Shown piece after piece: positions 37,874 through 47,084 of a stretch of 64,000 bases of DNA (positions within the stretch are counted from its first letter, which is position 1; every line of letters starts with the position of its first letter). Origin of the DNA: an uncultured virus (IMG/VR IMGVR_UViG_3300028377_000002) (lineage: Duplodnaviria > Heunggongvirae > Uroviricota > Caudoviricetes); the IMG/VR virus record IMGVR_UViG_3300028377_000002; one strand, 5' to 3'. The notes under the pieces are model-generated. The model saw only the letters and a program-made list of their open reading frames with translations, was not told the DNA's origin and did not search any database. The translations under genes were made by a program, and so were the position numbers.

Positions 37874-38580
37874 TGAAGATACAAAGTTTTGTAGAAGTAG
37901 TAAAAGAAAAATTTAATAAACTTAACCCATATTTTAGGGGTACTAGAACTAGAGACATATCCACTGTAGACACAGTCGTATTACATTGGACTGCTGGTAG
38001 TAGTGTAAGAAGCGACATTGATGTTTTACAATCTAAAAATTTTGGGTACCACTTTTTAATCGATAAAGCAGGTCAAATATATCAAGGTTCACCAATTAAT
38101 AAAGTGGTTAGTCACGCTGGTCAATCATATGGGCCTAGAGGTGAGTTTGTTAACGGACATAGCATTGGTATATCATTTTCTATGTTAGGTACTCAAGGAC
38201 CTAGCGAATACACAACTGAGATGTTTGAAAGTTGTTTAGCTTTAATACAGAATTTAAAACCATCGGTACCAAACTTAAAATATATAACGGGCCATCATTG
38301 GGTATCACCAGGTAGAAAAATAGACCCATATACTTTTGACTTTGAAAGTTTAATGAATGAATTGGGTCCTGAATACGAGTTATGGAAAACAGGTGATTTC
38401 CCATTCCCTAAGGGTTTAAGAAGCTGCAAATGCGTTAAATTTGATGATAATGACCCAACTAGATGTATTAAATCTGAAGGTAAGTGTAAGGGTAAGAATA
38501 CTGAAAACGGTTATTCTAAAAGAAATTTAAATTTTAAAGTATCAGATATTTCATTCCAATCCGATTTAGATACCAATTAG
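37873..38580 (+). CDS. N-acetylmuramoyl-L-alanine amidase (Amidase_2)
   Basis: VVLHWTAG, GYHFLIDKAGQIYQ, SHAG, NGHSIGI, ITGHHWVSPGRKIDP. Confidence 0.88.
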   Translation: MKIQSFVEVVKEKFNKLNPYFRGTRTRDISTVDTVVLHWTAGSSVRSDIDVLQSKNFGYHFLIDKAGQIYQGSPINKVVSHAGQSYGPRGEFVNGHSIGISFSMLGTQGPSEYTTEMFESCLALIQNLKPSVPNLKYITGHHWVSPGRKIDPYTFDFESLMNELGPEYELWKTGDFPFPKGLRSCKCVKFDDNDPTRCIKSEGKCKGKNTENGYSKRNLNFKVSDISFQSDLDTN

Positions 38581-38611
38581 TTGTTTAAGTAAAAAAATTT
38601 AAGTATATTTG
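38581..38611 (+). promoter_or_regulatory. Bacteroidota-type housekeeping promoter (-33 TTG / -7 TAnnTTTG)
   Basis: TTG at 38581, TATATTTG at 38604-38611, 4 nt before ATG 38616. Confidence 0.55.
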
Positions 38612-38615
38612 CTGA

Positions 38616-39224
38616 ATGGAGATTGCTAATATAGTTTCTGAAAGAAAAATAGACATAGGACCAGAATTTAACATAGTTGAGTCACTGGATGATGTGATAT
38701 TTAAAGATTTACCAACACTAATAGTTGGGTACGAATTAACACTGAGTTATTTTGAGAAAGATTTGGTTAACATACTCAATAAACAAATCGATAAAAATAC
38801 GTTCTGGACGCTAAAGAAGAATGTAAAACGAGATGTTTACACGAATGATTTAGAAGACTTCATAAGATACTCCTACAAAAAATCTACAGATAAAATTAAT
38901 TATGTAGATTTAGACTTTCTTCAGTATTCTAAGAAGAAACTTTACAAAATAGTAAGAAAAATATATAACTTAGATAAGGTAATATCCTATAAATCAGAGA
39001 ATAACGTTATATACATATATGGTAGTGATTTAATATTTGGTGTTGATTTGAATTTAGCTAATTTTGTTGGGTTAGATTCAGATAAAATAAAAAGCAAGAT
39101 AATTGAAAAAAGTCTTGTATTTATAGAGGGTGAAGAGATACTTATTGAATACAATAACCAACTGGAACGTATAAACAACGAAATAAAATACATTCCATTT
39201 CTGTATTCAATAAACCCTATATGA
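38616..39224 (+). CDS. Hypothetical protein
   Basis: 202-aa ORF overlapping the next start; no function recognised. Confidence 0.6.
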   Translation: MEIANIVSERKIDIGPEFNIVESLDDVIFKDLPTLIVGYELTLSYFEKDLVNILNKQIDKNTFWTLKKNVKRDVYTNDLEDFIRYSYKKSTDKINYVDLDFLQYSKKKLYKIVRKIYNLDKVISYKSENNVIYIYGSDLIFGVDLNLANFVGLDSDKIKSKIIEKSLVFIEGEEILIEYNNQLERINNEIKYIPFLYSINPI

Positions 39225-39622
39225 CCAAGAAACTACTAATCCTAGTATTCGTAAATAAAAAAGATAAAATTAAACAAATAGAGTTCATAGAAGACGAATT
39301 TAATGTAAATTCGTCCGACATATTTATTTTCGAAAATTTAGATAACCCTTCACAATACATTTTCACATTCTACATTGAGATAGGTGTAGGTGAATTCATA
39401 AAAGTAAAAGACTATTTCCGAAATGGCCTTATTATACATAAGAAAAGAAATACATTTTACACTATAAATGCACTCAATAAACTAATTGAGAGAGAGTATG
39501 ATTTAGAGGTTGGTAATATTAACTATAAGAAATGGAAAATTGATTGGTTTAAGTATGATAACCAAATAATTTTAAATAGTGGCGATAATTTATCATTTAT
39601 ATCAATAAAACGTGTTTTTTAG
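39221..39622 (+). CDS. Hypothetical protein
   Basis: 133 aa; IHKKRNTFYTINALNKLI motif; ATGA-adjacent overlap with upstream gene. Confidence 0.6.
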   Translation: MTKKLLILVFVNKKDKIKQIEFIEDEFNVNSSDIFIFENLDNPSQYIFTFYIEIGVGEFIKVKDYFRNGLIIHKKRNTFYTINALNKLIEREYDLEVGNINYKKWKIDWFKYDNQIILNSGDNLSFISIKRVF

Positions 39623-39672
39623 TAAAATCAATCTATTTATATTATAAGAACTAAATTAAAAAAAATAATATT

Positions 39673-39855
39673 ATGGATAATAAAGTAGAAAAATTAAATG
39701 ACTTTTTAGATGAAAATGGAAATGTTAGTAATGAAGGTACTATATGTGATACTGACGGTAACTGCGTTCCTAAAGAGATAAAGGGTGATAAAAGCATCCT
39801 TGAAAGAGTTAATAAAAAAATAATCATTGAAGACGGTAGACAACTATTAATGTAA
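39673..39855 (+). CDS. Small hypothetical protein
   Basis: 60 aa, preceded by TATTTAT (39634), coupled to next gene. Confidence 0.6.
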   Translation: MDNKVEKLNDFLDENGNVSNEGTICDTDGNCVPKEIKGDKSILERVNKKIIIEDGRQLLM

Positions 39856-40550
39856 TGAAAAAGTACACAAACGAAGATAATAAGAGAGATAAGGAAAGGT
39901 TTAACTTATTAATGGAGTATGACTTTTATATTGGTGAGGAAGAAGACAATTACGAACCTGATGGTGAAATGATAAATGAAGAGCCACCAGAAGAAGATGT
40001 GGAATCTACTGATGAGGTCGAACCAGAATCTGAAGTTGAACCTGAAATGGAACCAGAAGCCGAAGTTGAACCAGAAGCCGAAGTTGAAGTTGAACCTGAA
40101 CCTGAAATGGAACCTGAACCTGAAATGGATGATGAAGTTGAATTAGATGTAACTGATTTGGTACAAGGAACTGAAGAAGCACAGAATTCAGCTGAAGAAG
40201 CCAATAAAAAAGCTGAAATGTTATTAAGTAAATTAGACAATCTAACTAATTCTTTAGATAAAATGTCGGCTATGAATAACAAGATAGATGACTTAGAGAA
40301 TGAATTTGAGAAAAGAAATCCGACTCCTGAAGAAAAATTAGAAATGCGTTCATTAAGTTCTTATCCTTATAACCTAAAATTAACAGATTTTTGGTCTGAA
40401 AAAGAAGGTAATTATGACGTTATGAATCAAGATAAGGATGGTGAGAAAGAATATGTATTAACTCAAGATGATGTGGATAGAGATTTTAATCCAATGGAGA
40501 TTAAAGACTCTTTTAAAGACGAAGATTACCAAAGTAATCAAAGCTTTTAA
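39855..40550 (+). CDS. Acidic Glu-Pro-repeat coiled-coil protein (possible scaffold/internal protein)
   Basis: EPESEVEPEMEPEAEVEPEAEVEVEPEPEMEPEPEM then coiled coil. Confidence 0.5.
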   Translation: MKKYTNEDNKRDKERFNLLMEYDFYIGEEEDNYEPDGEMINEEPPEEDVESTDEVEPESEVEPEMEPEAEVEPEAEVEVEPEPEMEPEPEMDDEVELDVTDLVQGTEEAQNSAEEANKKAEMLLSKLDNLTNSLDKMSAMNNKIDDLENEFEKRNPTPEEKLEMRSLSSYPYNLKLTDFWSEKEGNYDVMNQDKDGEKEYVLTQDDVDRDFNPMEIKDSFKDEDYQSNQSF

Positions 40551-40575
40551 AGCTAAAGTATTAAATATCAAAACG

Positions 40576-40610
40576 AAAGGTGTAATTTAATTATTACACC
40601 TTTTTTTTTT
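40576..40610 (+). terminator. Intrinsic terminator
   Basis: aaaggtgtaat-ttaatt-attacaccttt plus long T run. Confidence 0.85.
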
Positions 40611-40630
40611 GTAAAAATATTAAAAAAGAC

Positions 40631-40661
40631 TTGTAATAACTCATTTTAATTAGTATCTTTG
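40631..40661 (+). promoter_or_regulatory. Bacteroidota-type promoter of ssb/replication operon
   Basis: TTG at 40631, TATCTTTG at 40654-40661. Confidence 0.6.
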
Positions 40662-40799
40662 GCTCAGTTATTTTAATGTAAATCATTAGGTAGCGTAACA
40701 CGATTACCACCCGTGAATTATAAGTGGTGGTGATACAAATAAAGACTCCGACATATAAAAAACGAAGGTCGGACATTTACTAATAACAAAATTATAACT

Positions 40800-41750
40800 A
40801 TGAGTAACGAGAAAAAAAATCCGTTAGAAGCGATGTTAGCTCAGTACGAGACATCGACTTCAAAATCGAGTAACAACTCATTTGACAAAACAAATTACTT
40901 CACTACGTATTTACCAGATGGTATTGAAAGTGCAGTTAAAAAAATTAGAATTTTACCACCAGAAGAAGGTAAAACACCTTTCGAAGAAGTTCACGTACAC
41001 AGTGCTAAAGTTGACGGTAAAAACCGTAAATTCACTTGTATTAAAGAACTGAATGACGAAGATTGTCCTTTCTGTGAAGCTAGAGAAGAACTACTTTCTA
41101 CGGGTGAAAAAAGTGATGAAGAATTAGCAAAGAAATATAAAGCTAGGTTAATGTACATCGTAAGAGTTATTGACAGAGAAAACGAAGACGAAGGTATAAA
41201 ATTCTGGAGATTTCCAATTAACTACAAAAAAGAAGGTATCTTTGATAAAATAATGGCAACCATTGGATTATTAAAAGAAGATATCACAGACCCTGAAGTA
41301 GGTAGAGACTTAATTCTTAACATAGTTAGAGTTAAAAACCCAAGAGGTGGTACTTACCCAATGGTTAACTCAATCCAAGCATTCGATAAAGGGCCTCTAA
41401 GTGAGGATAAAAAACTAGCTAAAGGCTGGTTAAGTAACAATAAGAGTTGGAAAGAAGTTTACTCAGTAAAAGGTTACGATTACTTAAAAATTGTAGTCTT
41501 AGGAAAAATCCCAATGTGGAGTAAGAAGCAAGAAAAATTTATTGCAAAAGAAGACTTAGAAGCTGAAAATGAAGATTCAGAAGACTCTAACAGTGAATTA
41601 GAAGACCAAATCACAATGGGAGGTGGTAGCAAAAACATTGATACCAAAAGCACTTCAGATGTTAAAACAGAAGAGTTAACTGAAAGTGAAAATAGTTACG
41701 ATACCGTAGCTGAAGAAGAAGATGAAGAAGAAGATGATTTACCATTCTAA
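40800..41750 (+). CDS. Single-stranded DNA-binding protein (T4 gp32-like)
   Basis: IRILPP, HVH...TC...DCPFCE Zn site, VRVIDR, DITDPEVGRDL, acidic tail ending DDLPF. Confidence 0.85.
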   Translation: MSNEKKNPLEAMLAQYETSTSKSSNNSFDKTNYFTTYLPDGIESAVKKIRILPPEEGKTPFEEVHVHSAKVDGKNRKFTCIKELNDEDCPFCEAREELLSTGEKSDEELAKKYKARLMYIVRVIDRENEDEGIKFWRFPINYKKEGIFDKIMATIGLLKEDITDPEVGRDLILNIVRVKNPRGGTYPMVNSIQAFDKGPLSEDKKLAKGWLSNNKSWKEVYSVKGYDYLKIVVLGKIPMWSKKQEKFIAKEDLEAENEDSEDSNSELEDQITMGGGSKNIDTKSTSDVKTEELTESENSYDTVAEEEDEEEDDLPF

Positions 41751-41775
41751 ATAGGTAACATCTTAATATAATAGT

Positions 41776-41810
41776 AAAAAAGGGGGTGAGGTTACCTACC
41801 CCCTTTTTTT
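41776..41810 (+). terminator. Intrinsic terminator
   Basis: aaaaaagggggtgagg-tta-cctaccccctttttt. Confidence 0.75.
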
Positions 41811-41863
41811 TCCTAAAATAGTGAAAAAATAAAACAACTCTGGGTGCAGTAAAAATAGAATAT

Positions 41864-42970
41864 ATGGCAAAAAGTAAAAAACCGAGTAAAAAAACTGTTT
41901 CTAAATCCTCTTATAGTTTAGAAGATTTTAAAAAATCTCAGGGGGTTGAAAAAACCGTTAAGGATAAAGAGCTATCTTGGATACCTTTATCTAAAGCGTG
42001 GCATGATGCTATCGGAATACCAGGTTTTGCTAGAGGTTATGTAAACTCAGTTAGAGGATATTCAAATACGGGTAAATCAACTGCTTTTTATGAATCAATA
42101 GCAGGTGCTCAAAGAATTGGTGATTTACCAGTTATCTTTGAAACTGAAGGTAATTTTGATTGGGAACATGCTAGAAAGTGTGGTGTTAAGTTCGATGAGA
42201 ATGTAGATGAAGAAACTGGTGAAATAACTTACAGTGGTAGATTTTTATACATGAGTAATCAAGACTTATTAGATAAGTATCAAAATTATGACCACCAACA
42301 TAGTAAGATGACTTCAAAGCCTTTAAGGTATGAACCAGTTATTGAAGACATTTCACTAAGTATGACTGAACTATTAGATTTACAGCAAGAAGGTAAATTA
42401 CAAGAAAATTTATGTTTCTGCTGGGACTCTATAGGTACGCTGAATGGATTTAAATCAGCGATATCTAAAACAAGCAACAATATGTGGAACGCAGGTTCAA
42501 TGAAATGTTTCCAAGCAATTGTTAATTTCAGAATACCTAGTTCTAGAAGAGAGGATAATGAATTTACCAATACGTTTATCTGCGTACAGAAAATATGGTA
42601 CGATAGTATGAACATGAAAATTAAACATAGTTGTGGTGAGTTTATGTTCTTTAACTCTAGATTGATTGTACATTTAGGTGGTATTGTATCTCACGGTACG
42701 GCCAAACTAAAAGCAACATCATTAAGTAAGGATTTTCAATACGGAACTGAATGTAAGATATCTTGCGAGAAGAATCATGTTAGTGGTATTGAAAAGAAAG
42801 GAAAGATAGCATCAACTCCACATGGTTATTGGAACCCAGACGAGTTAGATACTTACAAGAAAGAACACCGTGACTTTATACATGATAATCTAGAAGTAGA
42901 TTACAATGCTGAAGTAGTGTTCTCGACTGAAAAAGGAGAAAGAGGTGAAGACGACTACGATAGTATGTAA
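41864..42970 (+). CDS. RecA/UvsX-like recombinase
   Basis: Walker A GYSNTGKST, FETEG, Walker B CFCWDSIG, EKNHV. Confidence 0.8.
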   Translation: MAKSKKPSKKTVSKSSYSLEDFKKSQGVEKTVKDKELSWIPLSKAWHDAIGIPGFARGYVNSVRGYSNTGKSTAFYESIAGAQRIGDLPVIFETEGNFDWEHARKCGVKFDENVDEETGEITYSGRFLYMSNQDLLDKYQNYDHQHSKMTSKPLRYEPVIEDISLSMTELLDLQQEGKLQENLCFCWDSIGTLNGFKSAISKTSNNMWNAGSMKCFQAIVNFRIPSSRREDNEFTNTFICVQKIWYDSMNMKIKHSCGEFMFFNSRLIVHLGGIVSHGTAKLKATSLSKDFQYGTECKISCEKNHVSGIEKKGKIASTPHGYWNPDELDTYKKEHRDFIHDNLEVDYNAEVVFSTEKGERGEDDYDSM

Positions 42971-42986
42971 ACTTTAAAAACAAAAG

Positions 42987-44051
42987 ATGTCTAAAAGACC
43001 AAAAAGAAAAGTGGGTATTTCTAAAAATACTAGGAATACCCTACTTATCGATGGAAATGCATTATTTAAATTAGGTTTCTTTGGTGCTAAAGATATGTAC
43101 ACTAGAGATGGTGACCACATAGGTGGATTATATATCTTCATTACAATACTTAGGAAATTACTACAAGAGGATTTATATTATAGGGTTTTTGTTTTCTGGG
43201 ATGGAAAATTTAGTGGTAGAAAACGATGGGAACTTTATAAGGATTATAAATCTGACCGTGGCAAAGACTTTGAAAATGGGACTCACCCAGTAGATATTCA
43301 AGAAAAAACTGAAATATTCTTAATAAGACAGTATCTAGAGGAATTATGCATTAGACAATTAGTTGATAATTCAAAAGTAGGTGTTGAAGCAGATGACTTT
43401 ATTGCTTACTACTGTCTAACTAGAAAATCTAATGAAAAGATAACTATATGTACGTCTGATAGAGATTTGTGTCAGTTAATAAATGATGATGTTAGAATTT
43501 ATTTATGTGATAAAAAAGAATACGTCACCTATGATAATTACCAAAATTATTTTAAACATCACCAAAAGAACTCTAAATTAATTAAAATAATTGGTGGTGA
43601 TAACTCAGACAGTATTAAGGGGATTGATGGAGTTAAAGAAACAAGTTTACTCAAATACTTTCCAGAGTTAAAAGAGCGTGAAGTTTCATTAACTGAAATA
43701 CTACAATCAGCTAAAAAACAATTAACGGAAAGAGTTGAGCAAAAGAAAAAGCCTTTAAAAGTATTAACAAATTTAGTTAATAGTAAAACGAAAGGAGTTC
43801 AAGGTAAAAACATTTATAAAATAAATGAGAAGATAATTGACCTAAGTAATCCTTTAATTGACAGAAAGAATAAAGAGTTATTAAAATACTACAGGAAGCC
43901 CATGGGTGATTTAGATAGTAGAGGTATTAAAAACGTTTATAGTTTTATGAAGCGTGACGGTGTTGATAAAGTAATAGAATCATTTAGCACGAATTATCTA
44001 CTACCTTTTAAAAAATTAATAGAGAGAGAACGTAAAGAACTAAATAAATAA
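42987..44051 (+). CDS. 5'-3' exonuclease / flap endonuclease (T4 RNase H-like)
   Basis: LLIDGNAL, VFWDG, YKDYKSDR, EADDFIAY, SDRDLCQL, GGDNSDSIKGIDGV. Confidence 0.9.
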   Translation: MSKRPKRKVGISKNTRNTLLIDGNALFKLGFFGAKDMYTRDGDHIGGLYIFITILRKLLQEDLYYRVFVFWDGKFSGRKRWELYKDYKSDRGKDFENGTHPVDIQEKTEIFLIRQYLEELCIRQLVDNSKVGVEADDFIAYYCLTRKSNEKITICTSDRDLCQLINDDVRIYLCDKKEYVTYDNYQNYFKHHQKNSKLIKIIGGDNSDSIKGIDGVKETSLLKYFPELKEREVSLTEILQSAKKQLTERVEQKKKPLKVLTNLVNSKTKGVQGKNIYKINEKIIDLSNPLIDRKNKELLKYYRKPMGDLDSRGIKNVYSFMKRDGVDKVIESFSTNYLLPFKKLIERERKELNK

Positions 44052-44061
44052 ATAAATAAAG

Positions 44062-44649
44062 ATGAGTAAAACAAAAGAAGAAAAGCAATTAGAATTTGAG
44101 AAGCAAATCGTTAAACCATTCGAATTTGTATTGAAAATCAATGACAATATTATTTGTCAAAGGTATTTTAATATTAAAGGTTATAATAACGAATGTAGAG
44201 AGTCTCTAGAGATGAAAGAAATGATGGATGATATCATGGGAGTCAACCAGCAAATTAAATTAGGGGTTATACCCGATTTTTTCAAATACAGATGTGTTGT
44301 TAATTCTTATAAACCTTATTACAACCAAAACAATTATTTAAACGATAAAGATGATATCTTTAGTTTGGAAGTATTAAAAAATAACGTAAATAAATTACGT
44401 AATAAGAACAATGATTTCAACTTAGATGATTTACAAAAGGAGAAGTTAGTCGAAGGTACCTTTGATGGTAAAATGTTTCATCCTAATGTTAGGTATGAAA
44501 TTGACATCAGGAGTATAATTCCTGAAATTATTGGAGTAATTCAAGACTACTTAGGTAGTAGCTCTTATACCAAAGAATATGGTGACGTATCCTTGAAAAG
44601 AAATAACAGATTAACACAAAAAGATAGACTTAAATTAGTTACATACTAA
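44062..44649 (+). CDS. Hypothetical protein in replication operon
   Basis: 195-aa ORF between exonuclease and helicase. Confidence 0.6.
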   Translation: MSKTKEEKQLEFEKQIVKPFEFVLKINDNIICQRYFNIKGYNNECRESLEMKEMMDDIMGVNQQIKLGVIPDFFKYRCVVNSYKPYYNQNNYLNDKDDIFSLEVLKNNVNKLRNKNNDFNLDDLQKEKLVEGTFDGKMFHPNVRYEIDIRSIIPEIIGVIQDYLGSSSYTKEYGDVSLKRNNRLTQKDRLKLVTY

Positions 44650-44651
44650 AT

Positions 44652-46061
44652 ATGACAGATATTAAAAAAGACGAAGGATTTGGATTTTTAGGAATTCCGT
44701 ATCAGAAAAGATTAATATCTCAGTTAATAACAGATTATAGGTTTGCGTCAAATATATTAGAAATAGTTGACGCAAACTATTTTACGGATTTATATTTAAG
44801 AATAATAGTGTCTGAGATAAAGGGTGCACATGAGAATGACGACGTTATCTTAGATTTTGATGGGTTATCATATAGACTTAACAGTAGAGGTGATAACGAC
44901 ACTGTTAAGATGTATACTGAAGCTCAAATGGATGAAATTAAACACATACCATTAAAGGATTCAGAATTTATCCAAGACAGGGCAATGAAGTTCTGTAAGC
45001 AACAGGAACTTAAAAAAGCCACTAATGAAATCTTAAACATAATCGATAAAGGTGATTTAGATGATTATGATGCGTGTGAAGAAATACTTAAAAAAGCCTT
45101 AGAAGTTGGTTCAGACAAAGATGATGCTATTGATGTTTTTGATAATATTGATGAAGTATTAAGCGAAGACTTTAGAAAACCAATACCAACAGGTATAAGC
45201 GGATTAGATGAGAAAATGAATGGTGGTTTATCTAAAGGCGAATTAGGTGTGATATTAGCGCCTTTTGGTGTCGGTAAGACAACTATGATTACTAAACTGG
45301 CGAACACGGCTTACAACGAAGGTAAGAAGGTTCTACAGATATTCTTTGAGGATACCCCTAAGGTAATACAAAGAAAACATTTATCATGTTCAACTAAGAT
45401 AACCCTAAACGACTTATCTTTACCTGAAAATAGACCAATTATTGATGAGTCTATTCAGAGGGGAAAAGAAAATGAAGGTTACTTGTTACTTAAGAAGTTT
45501 CCTAGTGACGGAACCACTATACCTGTAATCAAGAACTATGTTAGAAAATTAGCGGCAGCTGGTAATAAACCAGATATGATATTAATCGATTACATTGACT
45601 GTGTTACACCAACTAAGAGTTATGATAAAGGTTATGAGGCTGAAGGACCTATAATGAGGAAGTTTGAATCACTATTGAGTGAATTTGATATGGTCGGCTG
45701 GACTGCAATACAAGGTAATAGAGATTCTATTAATGCTGACACAGTAGATTCCACTATGATTGGTGGTTCTATCAAAAAAGGTCAGATTGGTCACTTTATC
45801 GTTTCAATTGCTAAAACCTTAGACCAAAAGGAAATAGGTCGTGCTAATATGGCCATACTGAAATCTAGATTTGGTATTGATGGTATTGTTTTTACTGATG
45901 TCGAGTTTGATAATGGTAGAATGCAAATTAATATTGATGATGGAGGTTATTTGAAAGCATCCGAAATGGGTGATTACCAAGAAGAGCAGAACAAAACACG
46001 TGTTAGCGACTTAATGAAAAATAAATTTAAGAAAAAAATGGAAGAAAAATCACAATTATAA
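44652..46061 (+). CDS. dnaB: Replicative DNA helicase (DnaB/T4 gp41-like)
   Basis: IPTGISGLD, GGLSKGEL, APFGVGKTT, ILIDYID, WTAIQGNR, LKSRFG. Confidence 0.9.
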   Translation: MTDIKKDEGFGFLGIPYQKRLISQLITDYRFASNILEIVDANYFTDLYLRIIVSEIKGAHENDDVILDFDGLSYRLNSRGDNDTVKMYTEAQMDEIKHIPLKDSEFIQDRAMKFCKQQELKKATNEILNIIDKGDLDDYDACEEILKKALEVGSDKDDAIDVFDNIDEVLSEDFRKPIPTGISGLDEKMNGGLSKGELGVILAPFGVGKTTMITKLANTAYNEGKKVLQIFFEDTPKVIQRKHLSCSTKITLNDLSLPENRPIIDESIQRGKENEGYLLLKKFPSDGTTIPVIKNYVRKLAAAGNKPDMILIDYIDCVTPTKSYDKGYEAEGPIMRKFESLLSEFDMVGWTAIQGNRDSINADTVDSTMIGGSIKKGQIGHFIVSIAKTLDQKEIGRANMAILKSRFGIDGIVFTDVEFDNGRMQINIDDGGYLKASEMGDYQEEQNKTRVSDLMKNKFKKKMEEKSQL

Positions 46062-46114
46062 ATAAAAATAGATAGTTATTAATACAGATAAACTAAAATA
46101 AAAAAACAATAAAC

Positions 46115-47074
46115 ATGAGTAAGTATTTAAACATTGACAATGGTAATAGGGATACCAAGTTCCCAGTTCTTCATGATAAACTATGGAAGTTCTATAAGAA
46201 ACAACAACAAAAGATATGGACCGCAGAAGAGTTAAACCTATCTAATGATACCTTAGAAGGTATACCAGAAGGTGAAGTGGTTATATTGAAAAACCTATTG
46301 GCTTTCTTTGGAGTTTCAGATACTCTAGTTCAAGATAACTTAGCTGATGAAATCGTATCAGAGTTCTCAAGCGTTGAGGAAATTAAATCAAATTACGTTT
46401 ATCAAGCTTATATTGAAGATGTTCATAGTGAAACATATTCTCTATTGATTGAACAATTGATTGAGAATGAAGAAGAGAAACAAGCTATGTTTCAAGCCAT
46501 TCAAACTAACCCAGTTGTAGCTTCTAAAGTAAAGTGGGCGAACAAATGGCTAGATAACGGTGATATCATACAAAGATTGGTTGCGTTTTCTTTATTAGAA
46601 GGAATGGGATTCTCTAGTACATTTGCTATACTAATGTTCTTTAGATTAAGATATCCTCAACTAACTGGTTTAGGTCAGGCGAATGAGTTAATATTACAAG
46701 ATGAAGTATTGCACATGCATTTTGGTATTAACATGCACAACAAATACATCAAGAAAGAATTTAGGTTACCACCTGAAGAAATTAAAGAGATGATTATGGG
46801 TTGTTATGAGACAGAAAAAGTTTTTGTTGAGTCAATTTACAGTGGTTCTTATGTACTAGGACTACCGAAGGATAAATTAATCCAGTACATTCAGTATGTG
46901 ACTGATAGTTTATTAATGTACTACGATATTGATAAAGTGTTTAGAGTTGAACAACCATTTGACTTTATGGCGTCATTCTCGATTGTAGAGCGTCAAAACT
47001 TCTTTGAAACTAAAGGTGGTGAGTATAATAGATTAACTAATATTGGTGGTGATTTAACTACTGATGACTTTTAA
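46115..47074 (+). CDS. nrdB: Ribonucleotide reductase class Ia beta subunit
   Basis: WTAEE, FFGVSD, EDVHSETY (radical Tyr), LEGMGF, DEVLH, NFFE. Confidence 0.93.
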   Translation: MSKYLNIDNGNRDTKFPVLHDKLWKFYKKQQQKIWTAEELNLSNDTLEGIPEGEVVILKNLLAFFGVSDTLVQDNLADEIVSEFSSVEEIKSNYVYQAYIEDVHSETYSLLIEQLIENEEEKQAMFQAIQTNPVVASKVKWANKWLDNGDIIQRLVAFSLLEGMGFSSTFAILMFFRLRYPQLTGLGQANELILQDEVLHMHFGINMHNKYIKKEFRLPPEEIKEMIMGCYETEKVFVESIYSGSYVLGLPKDKLIQYIQYVTDSLLMYYDIDKVFRVEQPFDFMASFSIVERQNFFETKGGEYNRLTNIGGDLTTDDF

Positions 47075-47084
47075 AAACAATTCA

